Below, one piece after another: positions 49,324 through 61,986 of a stretch of DNA of 64,000 nt; positions within the stretch are counted from its first letter, which is position 1; each line of letters opens with the position of its first letter. Under the pieces are notes generated by a model. It was not told the origin of the DNA. It did not search any database and saw only the letters and a list, made by a program, of their open reading frames with translations. The stretch lies in NCBI GenBank assembly GCA_030770535.1, contig JASVEC010000024.1, positions 310,001 to 374,000 on the forward strand, written 5' to 3'. The translations under genes and the position numbers were made by a program. Source of the stretch: Batkoa obscura (taxonomy: Eukaryota).

Positions 49324-52300
49324 ATGAAAGACAAAGTTAAACAAATAGACATCGTTGAGCATTTACTTAGCGTTGAAGAAGTTATCAAGCGATATGAAAC
49401 TTCTATTAATATTAATAAACCAGCTGAGAGTCATGGTTTAGGTGAAGAGCAAATCAAGAAAGGTAGAGAAGTTTATGGGCCAAATTTACTGAGTCCAGCA
49501 AAACGTAAACATCCATTTGTCAGGTTTTTAGAATGCTTGGGCAATCTGTTCAATGTTCTTATGATATTAGCTGGTTTAATGACATTTATCATCTTTGCCA
49601 TAGACCCTGCCAATAATTTTTCTTCTTCTTATGTGGGTGCCATCTTAGTTGGAGTATCTATCCTTAATGCAATTATTGAGTTTATTCAATTACAGAAATC
49701 TGCAAACGCTTTAGAAGCTTTCCTTAATATGATCCCCCAGCAATGTCGCGTAGTACGTAATAGTTCTTTAAATCAGATACCAGGTGCTGAATTAGTACCT
49801 GGTGACATTGTGTTTGTTCGATTAGGTGATAAGATCCCTGCTGATTTATATATGTTTAATGTTTCTGAAATGAAAGTTGATAATTCTTCACTTACAGGAG
49901 AGTCAGAACCACAACCACGTACCGTTGATAATGCTATGAAAAACCCACTTGAAGCACATAATATTGGTTTTAATGGAACTTTAGTAGTTGCTGGAGAAGG
50001 TTATGGGATTGTTATTAAAACTGGTGATTCTACCGTGCTAGGCCAAATTGCCGGTTTAACAGCCAATGAAAAGAAGAGTCCTTCCCCACTCTCAGTAGAG
50101 GTTAACGTCTATGTTAAGCTTGTTGCTTCAGTAGCTTTCTTGACTGGTTTTATTTTCTTCTTATTAGGGCTTACCAAAGGAATGGCATTAAAAGATTGTT
50201 TAACTTTTGGTGTAGGTGTTTTCTGTGGTTGGGTACCAGAAGGTCTTCCAGCCACATTAACTATGTTGCTTACTTTTGCTGCTAAGCGTATGGCTACTCA
50301 AAATGTTTTAGTAAAAGATCTTCATGGGGTTGAAACTTTAGGAGCAATTACTCTCCTTGCTACTGATAAGACTGGTACCCTTACTCGTAATCAAATGACA
50401 GTTACTAGTGTCTGGGCATCTAACAAACTTTATGCTTCATTAAGAAACTTGAATAATATAAATAACCCTGTTCAAGTTAGCTCTTCTGGAATGACAGAAA
50501 TTTTATTAAATTGCTCATTAAATTCTAGAGCTAAATTTGATCGTACCGATGTCCCAATTGACAAAAGAGAAATCATTGGTGATGCCACTGAAGCTGGTCT
50601 TATTCGATTTGCCGCTCAAAGTCAAGACGATTTTGATGAACTTCAAATCAAATACCCTCGAGTTTTTGATGTTCCATTTAATTCAGATAATAAATGGGCA
50701 ATGACTATTAGTCAAGTCCCTCATGCTAATGGTGACCTTACTCTTTACTTAAAAGGTGCTCCAGAAAGAGTGTTAAATCTTTGTTCAACAATCTTCATGA
50801 GCGGACAAGCCATTCCACTTACTGAGGAGCATAAAGCCCAATTCCAAGAAACTTATGAAAATATGGCTGGTAAAGGGCATCGTGTACTTGCATTTGCTCA
50901 ACTATTATTACCTGGAGACAAATTTCCTAAAGATTTTATATTTGATAAGAAAGCCAAAAACTATCCTACAACGAATTTAACCTTTGTAGGGCTCACTTCA
51001 TTAGAAGATCCTCCAAAACATGGTGTACGTGAAGCTATTGGTATGTGTAGAACTGCGGGTATTCGTGTAATGATGGTAACTGGTGATCACCCACTTACTG
51101 CTGAAGCCATTGGACGTAAAATCAATTTGATGCTTTCTGATACCAAACCAATGGTTGCTAAGAGAACTGGACGTCCAATCGAATCTATTGAAGAAGATGA
51201 ATATGATGCTATTGTTATCCATGGTGAGCAAATTGATGGATTAAGTAACTTGGAATGGGACAATATTTTTTCTAAAACCGAAATTATATTTGCTCGTACT
51301 TCCCCACGTCATAAGCTTGAAATTGTTAAACGCGCTCAATCTATGGGACACATCGTTGGTGTAACTGGCGATGGTGTCAATGATTCTCCAGCTTTAAAAA
51401 AAGCAGACCTTGGTATTGCAATGAATGAATCTGGCTCTGATGTATCTAAAGAAGCTGCATCTATGATTTTACTTGATGATAACTTTGCCTCTACTATTCG
51501 TGGTATTGAAGAAGGTCGTCTTATCTTTGCTAATCTTAAAAAATCTATCCGTTATACAGTAACCCATACTATGCCTGAAGTTATTCCACAATTACTTTAT
51601 ATTGCTGTACCTATACCACTTCTCTTAAATGCTCTTCAGATTATTTCTCTTGATCTTGGTTATGAACTTTGTTTAGCTTTATCCTTTGCTTGGGATAAAC
51701 CAGAAACAAAGACAGGTCTTATGAGACTTGCACCACGTAAACCAGTAACTAAAGAATCGGTAGAAAGATTTCGTAGAGTAAAATCTCGTCAGATTCAAGC
51801 TAAAAGAGATCCAGAAACTGGTGAAGAAATTAAGGCTTCAGGTTTCAAAAGAATGATTCATAATATTTCAAGGTTATTTACTATGACCTATTGGAAAGAA
51901 TTAATTGAAAAAACCGACAATGAGGTTATTGTTGATGTCGAATTAATATCATGGGCTTTCTTTGAAGCTGGTCTCCTTGAATTTACCGGTGCTGCCGTTG
52001 GCTCTTTCTTTTTATTAAATTATCGTGGCATTGGGTTTTATGATTCTATTAAACTACAGAATGATTTTGCCTTCTCAGATTTACCAGATAGAAACACTTT
52101 GTTTTCGGTAAGTAGTGGGCAGCAATTCACACGAACTGAATTATTGGAAATATTAGCCCAATTTGAAACTGTGTATACTTATTCAGTAGTCGTTATACAA
52201 GCCTTTAATATGTTCTGTTGTAAATCCAGAATCACGTATCCATTTGGAAAACACATCTTTACTAATTATCGTAATTTCGTTGGTATGGTATTAGGTTTTG

Positions 52301-52527
52301 TATTAATGGGTTTTCTCGTTTACTGCCCTGGTGTTAACACAGTATTTAATCTTTCACCTAATGTCCCTCTTTCCTTCCTTGCTGGCCCTATCCTTACTGG
52401 TTCCGTTTTGCTATGCTATTCTAGCTTAAGATTCTTCCTTATACAACGTTTTAGACCAATCAAGTTTAATCCAGGAGTTCAAGGATTGATGATGCATCCT
52501 ACTGTACGTACCATTATTCCTGCTTAA
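49324..52527 (+). CDS. P-type ATPase, P2C (Na+/K+-ATPase alpha-like)
   Basis: KVDNSSLTGESEPQ, VPEGL, DKTGTLT, GDATE, KGAPER, MVTGDHPLTA.AI, GDGVNDSPALKKAD, GIEEGRLIF.NLKKSI. Confidence 0.92.
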   Translation: MKDKVKQIDIVEHLLSVEEVIKRYETSININKPAESHGLGEEQIKKGREVYGPNLLSPAKRKHPFVRFLECLGNLFNVLMILAGLMTFIIFAIDPANNFSSSYVGAILVGVSILNAIIEFIQLQKSANALEAFLNMIPQQCRVVRNSSLNQIPGAELVPGDIVFVRLGDKIPADLYMFNVSEMKVDNSSLTGESEPQPRTVDNAMKNPLEAHNIGFNGTLVVAGEGYGIVIKTGDSTVLGQIAGLTANEKKSPSPLSVEVNVYVKLVASVAFLTGFIFFLLGLTKGMALKDCLTFGVGVFCGWVPEGLPATLTMLLTFAAKRMATQNVLVKDLHGVETLGAITLLATDKTGTLTRNQMTVTSVWASNKLYASLRNLNNINNPVQVSSSGMTEILLNCSLNSRAKFDRTDVPIDKREIIGDATEAGLIRFAAQSQDDFDELQIKYPRVFDVPFNSDNKWAMTISQVPHANGDLTLYLKGAPERVLNLCSTIFMSGQAIPLTEEHKAQFQETYENMAGKGHRVLAFAQLLLPGDKFPKDFIFDKKAKNYPTTNLTFVGLTSLEDPPKHGVREAIGMCRTAGIRVMMVTGDHPLTAEAIGRKINLMLSDTKPMVAKRTGRPIESIEEDEYDAIVIHGEQIDGLSNLEWDNIFSKTEIIFARTSPRHKLEIVKRAQSMGHIVGVTGDGVNDSPALKKADLGIAMNESGSDVSKEAASMILLDDNFASTIRGIEEGRLIFANLKKSIRYTVTHTMPEVIPQLLYIAVPIPLLLNALQIISLDLGYELCLALSFAWDKPETKTGLMRLAPRKPVTKESVERFRRVKSRQIQAKRDPETGEEIKASGFKRMIHNISRLFTMTYWKELIEKTDNEVIVDVELISWAFFEAGLLEFTGAAVGSFFLLNYRGIGFYDSIKLQNDFAFSDLPDRNTLFSVSSGQQFTRTELLEILAQFETVYTYSVVVIQAFNMFCCKSRITYPFGKHIFTNYRNFVGMVLGFVLMGFLVYCPGVNTVFNLSPNVPLSFLAGPILTGSVLLCYSSLRFFLIQRFRPIKFNPGVQGLMMHPTVRTIIPA

Positions 52528-52760
52528 AAATCTTAATTACCTTTAGTTGAGCTTATGTTATATTAACCTTTAATAAAATTAGTTAGTTTTATTTTTTAAT
52601 TATCTTAATTCAGTTATAAAGTTAGAATTTTAAAGTTCTATATTGATTGAATAACTGCTATTTATTTTAACCGAAATTATCTATAAATAATGATAATGTA
52701 TGCCGCTTTCATTAAAATAAACTTGATCTATTCCATTTAAAACCTTTATCCTATATAAAT

Positions 52761-52864
52761 ATATGAGGATGTGTTTTTTCGTTTAAGAATTTTACTAACA
52801 CTTTCCACTCAAATAGCGCTTAAAAAATGAAAAAGTAATGAAATCAAAAAAATCATCCCCATAT
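52761..52864 (+). mobile_element. MITE-like element copy 20
   Basis: ATATGAGGATGTG...TCATCCCCATAT. Confidence 0.9.
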
Positions 52865-54670
52865 AATACTGAATAAAGCTGAGTTAAGCTGTGACTTTTT
52901 AATGAATAAAGTGGAAGGAGCTATTACACTGAAAGCTATATATAGCTGCTATCATTTTTATATTTGATATAGCAAAATTTTTAATTTTTCAAATCATAGC
53001 TCAGTTATAAATGACTGGTTAATAAACCTCACTCCCTTGTCTGGTAAACAATCCTTAATGCCTTTTCCCCTTTAGGATTATTATAAAGAAACATTTATTC
53101 ATAGTGGATTTAGTTACCAATTATTTTGCAGTCTTAAGGATAATATAAGCCCATCGCTTCTTCATTTGCCTAAATCTAAACTACTTTTAGTATAAAGTTT
53201 CATCATTGTACTTCTAGATTCTCATAAACTCATCCGTTTCATCTTGGGTCTTATATTAAGTTTAATACCCTTGCTTATGTCTCTAATTGCTAATTTATAT
53301 CCACCTCCTTTATGAAATATTTAATGTATTCATATCAAAGCTCCTTTCTCAAAAGAAATTATAAGTACATTAGTGTCGTTCCTCTTCACAAATAGAAGCT
53401 TATTTGGATCGATGACTAAATAGACTGAAGTCTATCTAACCAGAAATAAAAGCACAGAAAAACCCTTACCTTTTGGCCTTTTTTTGCCATTGTAGTTACT
53501 TTTTTTCTATTGATAAGTTACTTTGCAATGTAACAACTCTTTAGACGATATAAGTATAATTAAAAAGAGAGCCTCATGTCAAAAAAAGTAATATTAAATA
53601 TATAGTATCTCTTATAAAAATAAGTCCCTATATTATATGAAATTTTAAATTTTTTAAAGCATTAATTATTATTTTATTATTGTATATTCAAAGTTGATTT
53701 TATATAAAATATTCAAAGTTCAATAGTAGTTTTGCAATGCAACTCATAAAGAATGAAAATAATTTAATAAAGCATCAACTAAATGTAAACTTCAACTATA
53801 TTTATTAAATAAAACCAAAAAAATAAAATATAAAGTATAATTCATAATTTATAATTTATCAAAATTAAAGAAATATATAATAATTTATTGCTAACAATCA
53901 AAGTAAATACATTAATACAGTCTCTAGTATATATGTTATTTATTATAGTGATTTGAAAACTGAAGATAATAATTCGCTACATTTTTAGCTTTATTTTATT
54001 TTTTTAACGTTATCAATAACATTTATATTGAAGCTAAAATCTTTTAAACAATAGATAATTTTCAAATTTTATATATATTGAATTTTTTAATTTTATTTAT
54101 AAATATGATTATTATCTATACTACTTATTTACTGTTTAATTTTTAATAATTTATAGCTTTTGTATATTAAATAATTGGAGTTTACTATGTTTTCAAAAAC
54201 TTATTAAATTGCAGCTTATCCAACTTCGTCGCGATCCAATTAACTATTCATTTAAGAATAAAATTATCATAAAATTGGGCATTAAACATCTGCCAAACAA
54301 ATAATTAGCCCTAAAACCACTGCAAATTAAGTCATAATAGAGTTGAAATAGTCATATTGCTTTATAATTTTATTTTGTATTTGTAGTTTGTATGAATTGG
54401 AGGTTGTGTTCCTTTTAGAAACAGCCTCAGATTTTATACACTAGTATTTTAAAGGTATTCACTGTAAATTATATCATCCTTAGTATTAAGTATTTTATGG
54501 TAAAAAGAATGTAAAATTACAATCAAATATACTCAAAATCAAACATTTCGTATTTTTGTTATATTTAAATAATAATTATAAATTAAGTTATTTTTAATGT
54601 TATTATTGAAGTATGTAAAATTGTTTATTTTCTAAATAAGTTTGAAAATAAAGATAAACTAAATAAAGCT

Positions 54671-54812
54671 AGAACATTCTACTGTTTTCGCTTAAAATCT
54701 CTACCAAGTTTAATCATAGTATCCCCTTTATGAATAGCGAACATGATTGGTTAGTTCATAAACTAATTCGAATGTAAGCAAAGTTTATGAAATGCAAAAA
54801 AAATATAAATAC
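54671..54812 (+). promoter_or_regulatory. HSP90 promoter: partial heat-shock element, CCAAT and TATA
   Basis: aGAAcaTTCt at 54671 (two HSE units only), gattgg near 54745, atataaat near 54803. Confidence 0.4.
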
Positions 54813-54876
54813 AAGCAATTCAACATATTATCAAGGAATAGTTTGATTAAATTTTTTACTACTCTATCTAGAAAAT

Positions 54877-56994
54877 ATGTCTAACACTGAAACCTTTGCC
54901 TTTCAGGCTGAAATCAGCCAATTGATGTCTCTTATCATCAATACTTTCTACTCCAATAAAGAAATTTTCTTACGTGAATTGGTATCCAACGCTTCTGATG
55001 CTTTAGATAAAATCCGTTATCAATCCCTCACTGACCCATCAGTTCTTGAATCTGAACCAAATCTTTATATCCGTATTACTCCAGACAAAGAAAACAATAT
55101 TCTTACCATCCGTGATACTGGTATTGGTATGACCAAAGCTGACTTAGTTAACAATTTAGGTACGATTGCCAAGTCCGGTACTAAAGCTTTCATGGAAGCC
55201 CTTTCTTCCGGTGCTGATATTTCCATGATTGGTCAATTCGGTGTTGGTTTCTACTCCGCTTATCTTGCTGCTGATAAGGTCGAAGTCATTACTAAACATA
55301 ATGATGATGAACAATACATTTGGGAATCCGCTGCTGGTGGTTCTTTCACTATCACCCGTGATACTGTTAATGAACCATTAGGTCGTGGTACTGAAATGCG
55401 TCTTTACCTCAAAGAAGATCAACTTGAATACCTCGAAGAAAAACGTATCAAGGAAATCATCAAGAAACACTCCGAGTTCATTGGATATCCAATCCAACTT
55501 GTAGTTGAGAAAGAAGTCGAAAGAGAAATCGAAGACGAAACTGCTGAAGATGAAGATGAAATCAAGGCTGAAGAAAAAGATGAAGACAAACCAAAGGTTG
55601 AAGAAGTTGAAGATGAAGCTGAAGAATCTAAAAAGAAGACCAAGACCGTCAAAGAACTCAAAAAGGAAACTGAAGAACTTAACAAGACTAAGCCTCTCTG
55701 GACCCGTAACCCAGAGGATATTACTACTGAAGAATATGCTTCTTTCTACAAATCTCTTACCAATGACTGGGAAGACCATCTCTCAGTAAAACATTTCTCT
55801 GTTGAAGGTCAACTTGAGTTCCGTGCCCTTTTATTCGTACCAAAGCGTGCTCCATTCGATCTCTTTGAATCCAAGAAGAAGAAGAACAACATTAAGCTTT
55901 ACGTACGTCGTGTATTTATTATGGATGATTGTGAAGAACTCATCCCAGAATGGCTTAACTTTGTTAAAGGTATTGTTGATTCTGAAGATCTTCCACTTAA
56001 TATTTCCCGTGAAACTCTTCAACAAAACAAGATCCTTAAAGTTATCCGCAAGAACATTGTCAAGAAATGTATTGAAATGTTCATTGAAATTGCTGAAGAT
56101 AAAGAAAACTTCAACAAATTCTATGAAGCCTTCTCCAAGAATCTTAAACTTGGTATCCACGAAGATTCTCAAAACCGTGCCAAACTTTCTGAATTCCTTC
56201 GTTACTCATCCACAAAATCCGGTGATGAACCAACTTCATTAAAGGATTACGTTACTCGTATGCCAGAGAAGCAAAAGGATATCTACTACATCACTGGTGA
56301 ATCCAAAGCTGCCGTTGAAAACTCACCTTTCCTTGAAGTCTTAAAGAAGAAGGGTTATGAAGTTCTTTATATGATTGACCCAATTGATGAATACTGTGTA
56401 CAACAACTTAAAGAGTACGATGGTAAGAAATTAGTATCAGTTACCAAGGAAGGTCTTGAATTTGAAGAAGATGAAGAAGAAAAGAAGAGACGTGAAGAAG
56501 AAGCTAAGGCTTACGAAAACCTTTGCACTGTTGTCAAGGAAGTTCTTGGTGCCAATGTTGAAAAGGTAGTACTTTCTAACCGTATCTCTAACTCTCCATG
56601 TGTCCTTGTTACTGGACAATTCGGATGGTCAGCCAACATGGAACGTATCATGAAAGCTCAAGCTCTCCGTGATACCACTATGTCCTCATACATGGCTTCT
56701 AAGAAGACCTTAGAAATCAACCCAGAACATCCAATCATCAAAGCCCTTAAAGAAAAGGTTGATGCTGATAAAGAAGATAAGACTGCTAAAGATCTTACCC
56801 ATCTCTTATATGAAACTGCTCTCCTTACCTCAGGTTTCTCATTAGAAGAGCCATCTAACTTTGCTTCTCGTATCCATCGTATGATTAAGCTTGGTTTATC
56901 TCTTGATACTGAAGAAGAACCAGTTGCTGAAATTGAAACTCAAGAAGTACCAGAATTAGAATCTGCTGAATCCAAGATGGAAGAACTTGACTAA
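54877..56994 (+). CDS. HSP90: Cytosolic Hsp90
   Basis: [47 protein letters not shown]; ends MEELD. Confidence 0.98.
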   Translation: MSNTETFAFQAEISQLMSLIINTFYSNKEIFLRELVSNASDALDKIRYQSLTDPSVLESEPNLYIRITPDKENNILTIRDTGIGMTKADLVNNLGTIAKSGTKAFMEALSSGADISMIGQFGVGFYSAYLAADKVEVITKHNDDEQYIWESAAGGSFTITRDTVNEPLGRGTEMRLYLKEDQLEYLEEKRIKEIIKKHSEFIGYPIQLVVEKEVEREIEDETAEDEDEIKAEEKDEDKPKVEEVEDEAEESKKKTKTVKELKKETEELNKTKPLWTRNPEDITTEEYASFYKSLTNDWEDHLSVKHFSVEGQLEFRALLFVPKRAPFDLFESKKKKNNIKLYVRRVFIMDDCEELIPEWLNFVKGIVDSEDLPLNISRETLQQNKILKVIRKNIVKKCIEMFIEIAEDKENFNKFYEAFSKNLKLGIHEDSQNRAKLSEFLRYSSTKSGDEPTSLKDYVTRMPEKQKDIYYITGESKAAVENSPFLEVLKKKGYEVLYMIDPIDEYCVQQLKEYDGKKLVSVTKEGLEFEEDEEEKKRREEEAKAYENLCTVVKEVLGANVEKVVLSNRISNSPCVLVTGQFGWSANMERIMKAQALRDTTMSSYMASKKTLEINPEHPIIKALKEKVDADKEDKTAKDLTHLLYETALLTSGFSLEEPSNFASRIHRMIKLGLSLDTEEEPVAEIETQEVPELESAESKMEELD

Positions 56995-57498
56995 ATTTAT
57001 TAAGTAATAATCAAAAATTACTAACATATAAAAAAGGAGAAATTCAAACTAATAGCTAAAAAATAAAAATTATCTTCCCATTTATTATAAATAAAAATAT
57101 AACATATTTTAATCTTTTTTATTATTATTATTAAATTTTAAATGAGGAGAGTATAAGTAATAAAAGCATATTTTGATATAATTTAATGTATACAATAATA
57201 TGATACGTTAGTAGTAACAATAGAATAGAATAGAATAGAATAGAATCCAATAACATAAAATAGCACTCAAAAAATATATAATATGGTTTAATATAATATA
57301 ATGATAATAATACTATTTAAATTAAGAGTACTTTTGATTTTTTTCAACTCATCCAAATTTTAAAAAAAATGAAATAAATCAAAAACATTCTCAAAGCAAA
57401 CAAGCTAAAATAATAAGAACAGTAAATATAATACAATTAAATCACAATATAAACTATCAACTTTTTTTAATATTTAATTTTGATCAGATAAGACTCTT

Positions 57499-58659
57499 CT
57501 AAAACCGAACACCTTTCTAAAAAAAATAAGTAAAGCCCCAAAAATAACTAAAAAAACATATTACCGCTTCCAACAAACCAAGTGCAGATTTATAGCCAAA
57601 ATGGGTAATTTGAGTTAACTAAATAGTAATAACAATAAACATTTAATAAACAAACTTTAATTATAAAAATAGCAGCAACTTACATCTTCAGCTAATAATT
57701 TAACATCATTGATTTCCTTCATTCGATCTTTTAAAAACATTTCACTTAATTGAAAATCTTCTGACAAATCTTGAAACATGAATAGTTCTATTAAAAACAA
57801 AATTCTTGATTAATTTTACATCCTTTCAAAAAAGTTTATAAATCCTAATAAAACTTACCTGTACTTGTATAGACCATAGCTAATCCAATTCTTTTTTTAT
57901 ACCATTCCATCTAATTAAAAGAAATTTATTAAAAACTCACTATCAACTCCGTCAATAATGATAATCCTCTTCCTTACATTAAAGCTTTTATCTCCTGATT
58001 TATATTGAATTTCATTCATTAATACTTTAAGTTGTTCTAAAGCCATAGAGCTACCATTGATAGAAGCAAAATGAGCAAATGCCTAATTTGATTTATGATT
58101 TATTTAAAAGAAGAGTAATAATTAAAATTTGAAAGTAAATAAACTTACCTCTGGTAATACTTTAATATATTTTTTATTGTAACTTAATCGATTCCAACAT
58201 AGATATTCCAATTTTTGTTCTTGTGTCATACTAAAAGAGGGTTTATCAGTAAATCATCTTTACATCTTTACCATTATCTCCATTTTTATTAATTCGAAAT
58301 AAATTAATAAGCTTACCTTTTTAAAACCTCTTCTTCCACCTTTACTACACTTTCTTCTTTTGCTTTTGTTAAAAAATAATCCAATAATTCCACTTCTGGA
58401 TGTCGAAAAATTCCCATAGTTACTGATGGATAATTTAACTCTTCCAATCCATGTCGAATACTTTGTTGAGTGAAACCATATTCTTTTGTAAAAGCCAAAC
58501 TTCTCTTTAAGATTTCAGTTCGGATGGGGACGATTGTTGAGGCACTAAAGAGATTACTATTTTCTACTTTAATTACAATTGAAGTTGGGATTGTTACCTG
58601 GTATAAGTCCTCTTGGTTAATTGGGATGCTAACTTTATCGGGCTCAAGAGTTTCGACAT
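57499..58659 (-). CDS. COQ9: Ubiquinone biosynthesis protein COQ9, multi-exon
   Basis: Spliced reading: presequence, EILKRSLAFTKEYGFT, RLSYNK, SGDKSFNMEWYKKRIGLAMVYTSTELFMFQDLSEDF...FLKDR. Confidence 0.85.
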
Positions 58660-59303
58660 ATTTTGAATTCTAGTTCTAAAAATTTGATGAATAAAAAAAG
58701 GGATATAAGATTGGATGACTTTTTGATCTTTTGTATTGAATAAAACCGTGAGTTTTTTTTGATAAAATAGAGTTGGATTGCATAAATTAATGGCTTGCAA
58801 TTTTTGCTCATTTTTTCAAAAAAATCAAATTGACTTAACTTTCAAGAATTTGAAAAAACTCAATTCAATCGAGAATTTAAAAAGGCTACTATTGGTTAAC
58901 TCAGATATTGTGACATAACTAAAAAAGAGACACTTAAGAAAATTCTTGAAGATTTTAAGGGTCTATTGGATTATAGTATTACAATGAAAAAAATAAAAAG
59001 AATAATAACAAGATAAAAATTACAAGAAAACGTATACAAAAACATTAGTAATATATTATAATGGCATCAATCTTTATATAGAAAATTTCAATAATAATAG
59101 AAACTAAAGAGCAGCAAATTTAAATAATCGATTTGTTTCATTTTAAATTAAACCAATCAAAATAATTCCAATAATGACTATTAAATTACCTAACTTCAAA
59201 TTGAAAAGCCCCCCATCTTTACTTGTCTTTATAATAAAAAAGAGACAATATTATATTTAATTCATTAATACCAATCTAATCTAATCTTAATTTGACCAAA
59301 ATC

Positions 59304-60218
59304 ATGGGAGCCGTAACCAGTGCGCCAGTAGAAGAGAGTAGCCCACCTCGAAGCAATCGAAAGAAATGGATGGAAGAATTGAGTAAAAGAAAACCAGAGT
59401 TTAATAAATTAAAATTACATCAAATGGCCTTGCCAGGAACCCATAATTCAGCTACTTATCATATTGAACATAAATACAATTATACATCAGAATTAGCACG
59501 GTGTCAACAACATGATGTTTTAACTCAATTAAATTCAGGTGTTAGAGTATTGGATTTAAGGATTTGTGATGATTGTTCTGAAGGCGTATTAAAGATATCT
59601 CATCGATTTCATGGTGTTAATTTAGGTGAGGTGTTGCATCAAATTTATACATTTTTATCCGATAATCAAGGTGAGATTGTGTTGGTTAATATTAAAAAGG
59701 ATTTTGATAGAGAGCTTTCAGAGGAGGGGATAAAGAAAGCAAGTGAAATGATCAAAAATTATTTTGGTAGCATGATCATCGATAATTTTAAAGTATATGA
59801 ATTTGGTTATGAAGAATTAATATATAAAAAATTAAGAATTCATTTTTTTTCTGAAACATTAGAAAAAGAGATATCTGTATCCGAAATAGAAACTACTTGG
59901 TGTCATAGTAATTCATCAGAAATTGAAGAATTAATGTTTAATATTGAAAAACATTATCATTCGGATAAAATTAATACATTCAAAGCTTATGATTGTTATT
60001 TAACAGCTACAATTGAATCCATTACTAAATGGTCTTTAAAAAATATTAATTGGCATCAATTACAAAAGGATACAAATTATAAGGTATTAGATTGGTTACA
60101 AAAGAAAACTGAAGATAATAAGGAACATAAAATTAATATCATATTTTTAGATATGATTAATCAAGACCTTATTGATTTTATTATTTTACTTAATCCTAAT
60201 CGAAATCCTCCAAATTAA
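59304..60218 (+). CDS. PI-PLC X-domain (PLCXD/bacterial-type) phosphodiesterase
   Basis: LPGTHNSATY, CQ...V.TQLNSGVRVLDLR, ISH, FL.DNQGEIV, INIIFLD; ATG at 59304. Confidence 0.88.
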   Translation: MGAVTSAPVEESSPPRSNRKKWMEELSKRKPEFNKLKLHQMALPGTHNSATYHIEHKYNYTSELARCQQHDVLTQLNSGVRVLDLRICDDCSEGVLKISHRFHGVNLGEVLHQIYTFLSDNQGEIVLVNIKKDFDRELSEEGIKKASEMIKNYFGSMIIDNFKVYEFGYEELIYKKLRIHFFSETLEKEISVSEIETTWCHSNSSEIEELMFNIEKHYHSDKINTFKAYDCYLTATIESITKWSLKNINWHQLQKDTNYKVLDWLQKKTEDNKEHKINIIFLDMINQDLIDFIILLNPNRNPPN

Positions 60219-60285
60219 TAATATGACTGGAATGTTTTTTATTATTTATATTATATAAAAGAAATAAAAAAATTAAATTTTATTA

Positions 60286-60287
<2 letters not shown>

Positions 60288-60328
<41 letters not shown>

Positions 60329-60372
60329 TATTATTATTATTATTGTTATTTATTATTATTATTTATTTATTG
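60288..60372. repeat. (TTA)n microsatellite, imperfect
   Basis: Long tta run directly visible. Confidence 0.9.
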
Positions 60373-60511
60373 TTTTATTCATAAACTTTAAATTTAGAAT
60401 TTTTAAACTATATAAAACCTGAAAATCAAAATTGAAAATTAACCAATAAAATTCTACCAAGGGGTAGTGAAATAAAACCATTATTAAATTTTAAAGCCAT
60501 CAAATTAATAA

Positions 60512-61899
<1,388 letters not shown>

Positions 61900-61986
61900 A
61901 AGTACAAATTATTATAATCAGTATTATTATTAGTATAATAAAATGAAATAATAACAATAAAAGAAATATTCTATCTTTCTTTATTT

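Noticed and set aside
4639..52864. Repeated GGGGATG...CATCCCC units as a CRISPR array or bacterial REP elements
   Set aside because: Copies are dispersed in both orientations with no regular spacers or cas genes, in a spliced eukaryotic context.
53000..53500. Coding-like, slightly GC-richer stretch as a transposase relic
   Set aside because: Manual translation gave many stops and no DDE or RT motif.
55378..56619. Several antisense or alternate-frame ORFs within HSP90
   Set aside because: Shadows of a codon-biased, charged coding region.
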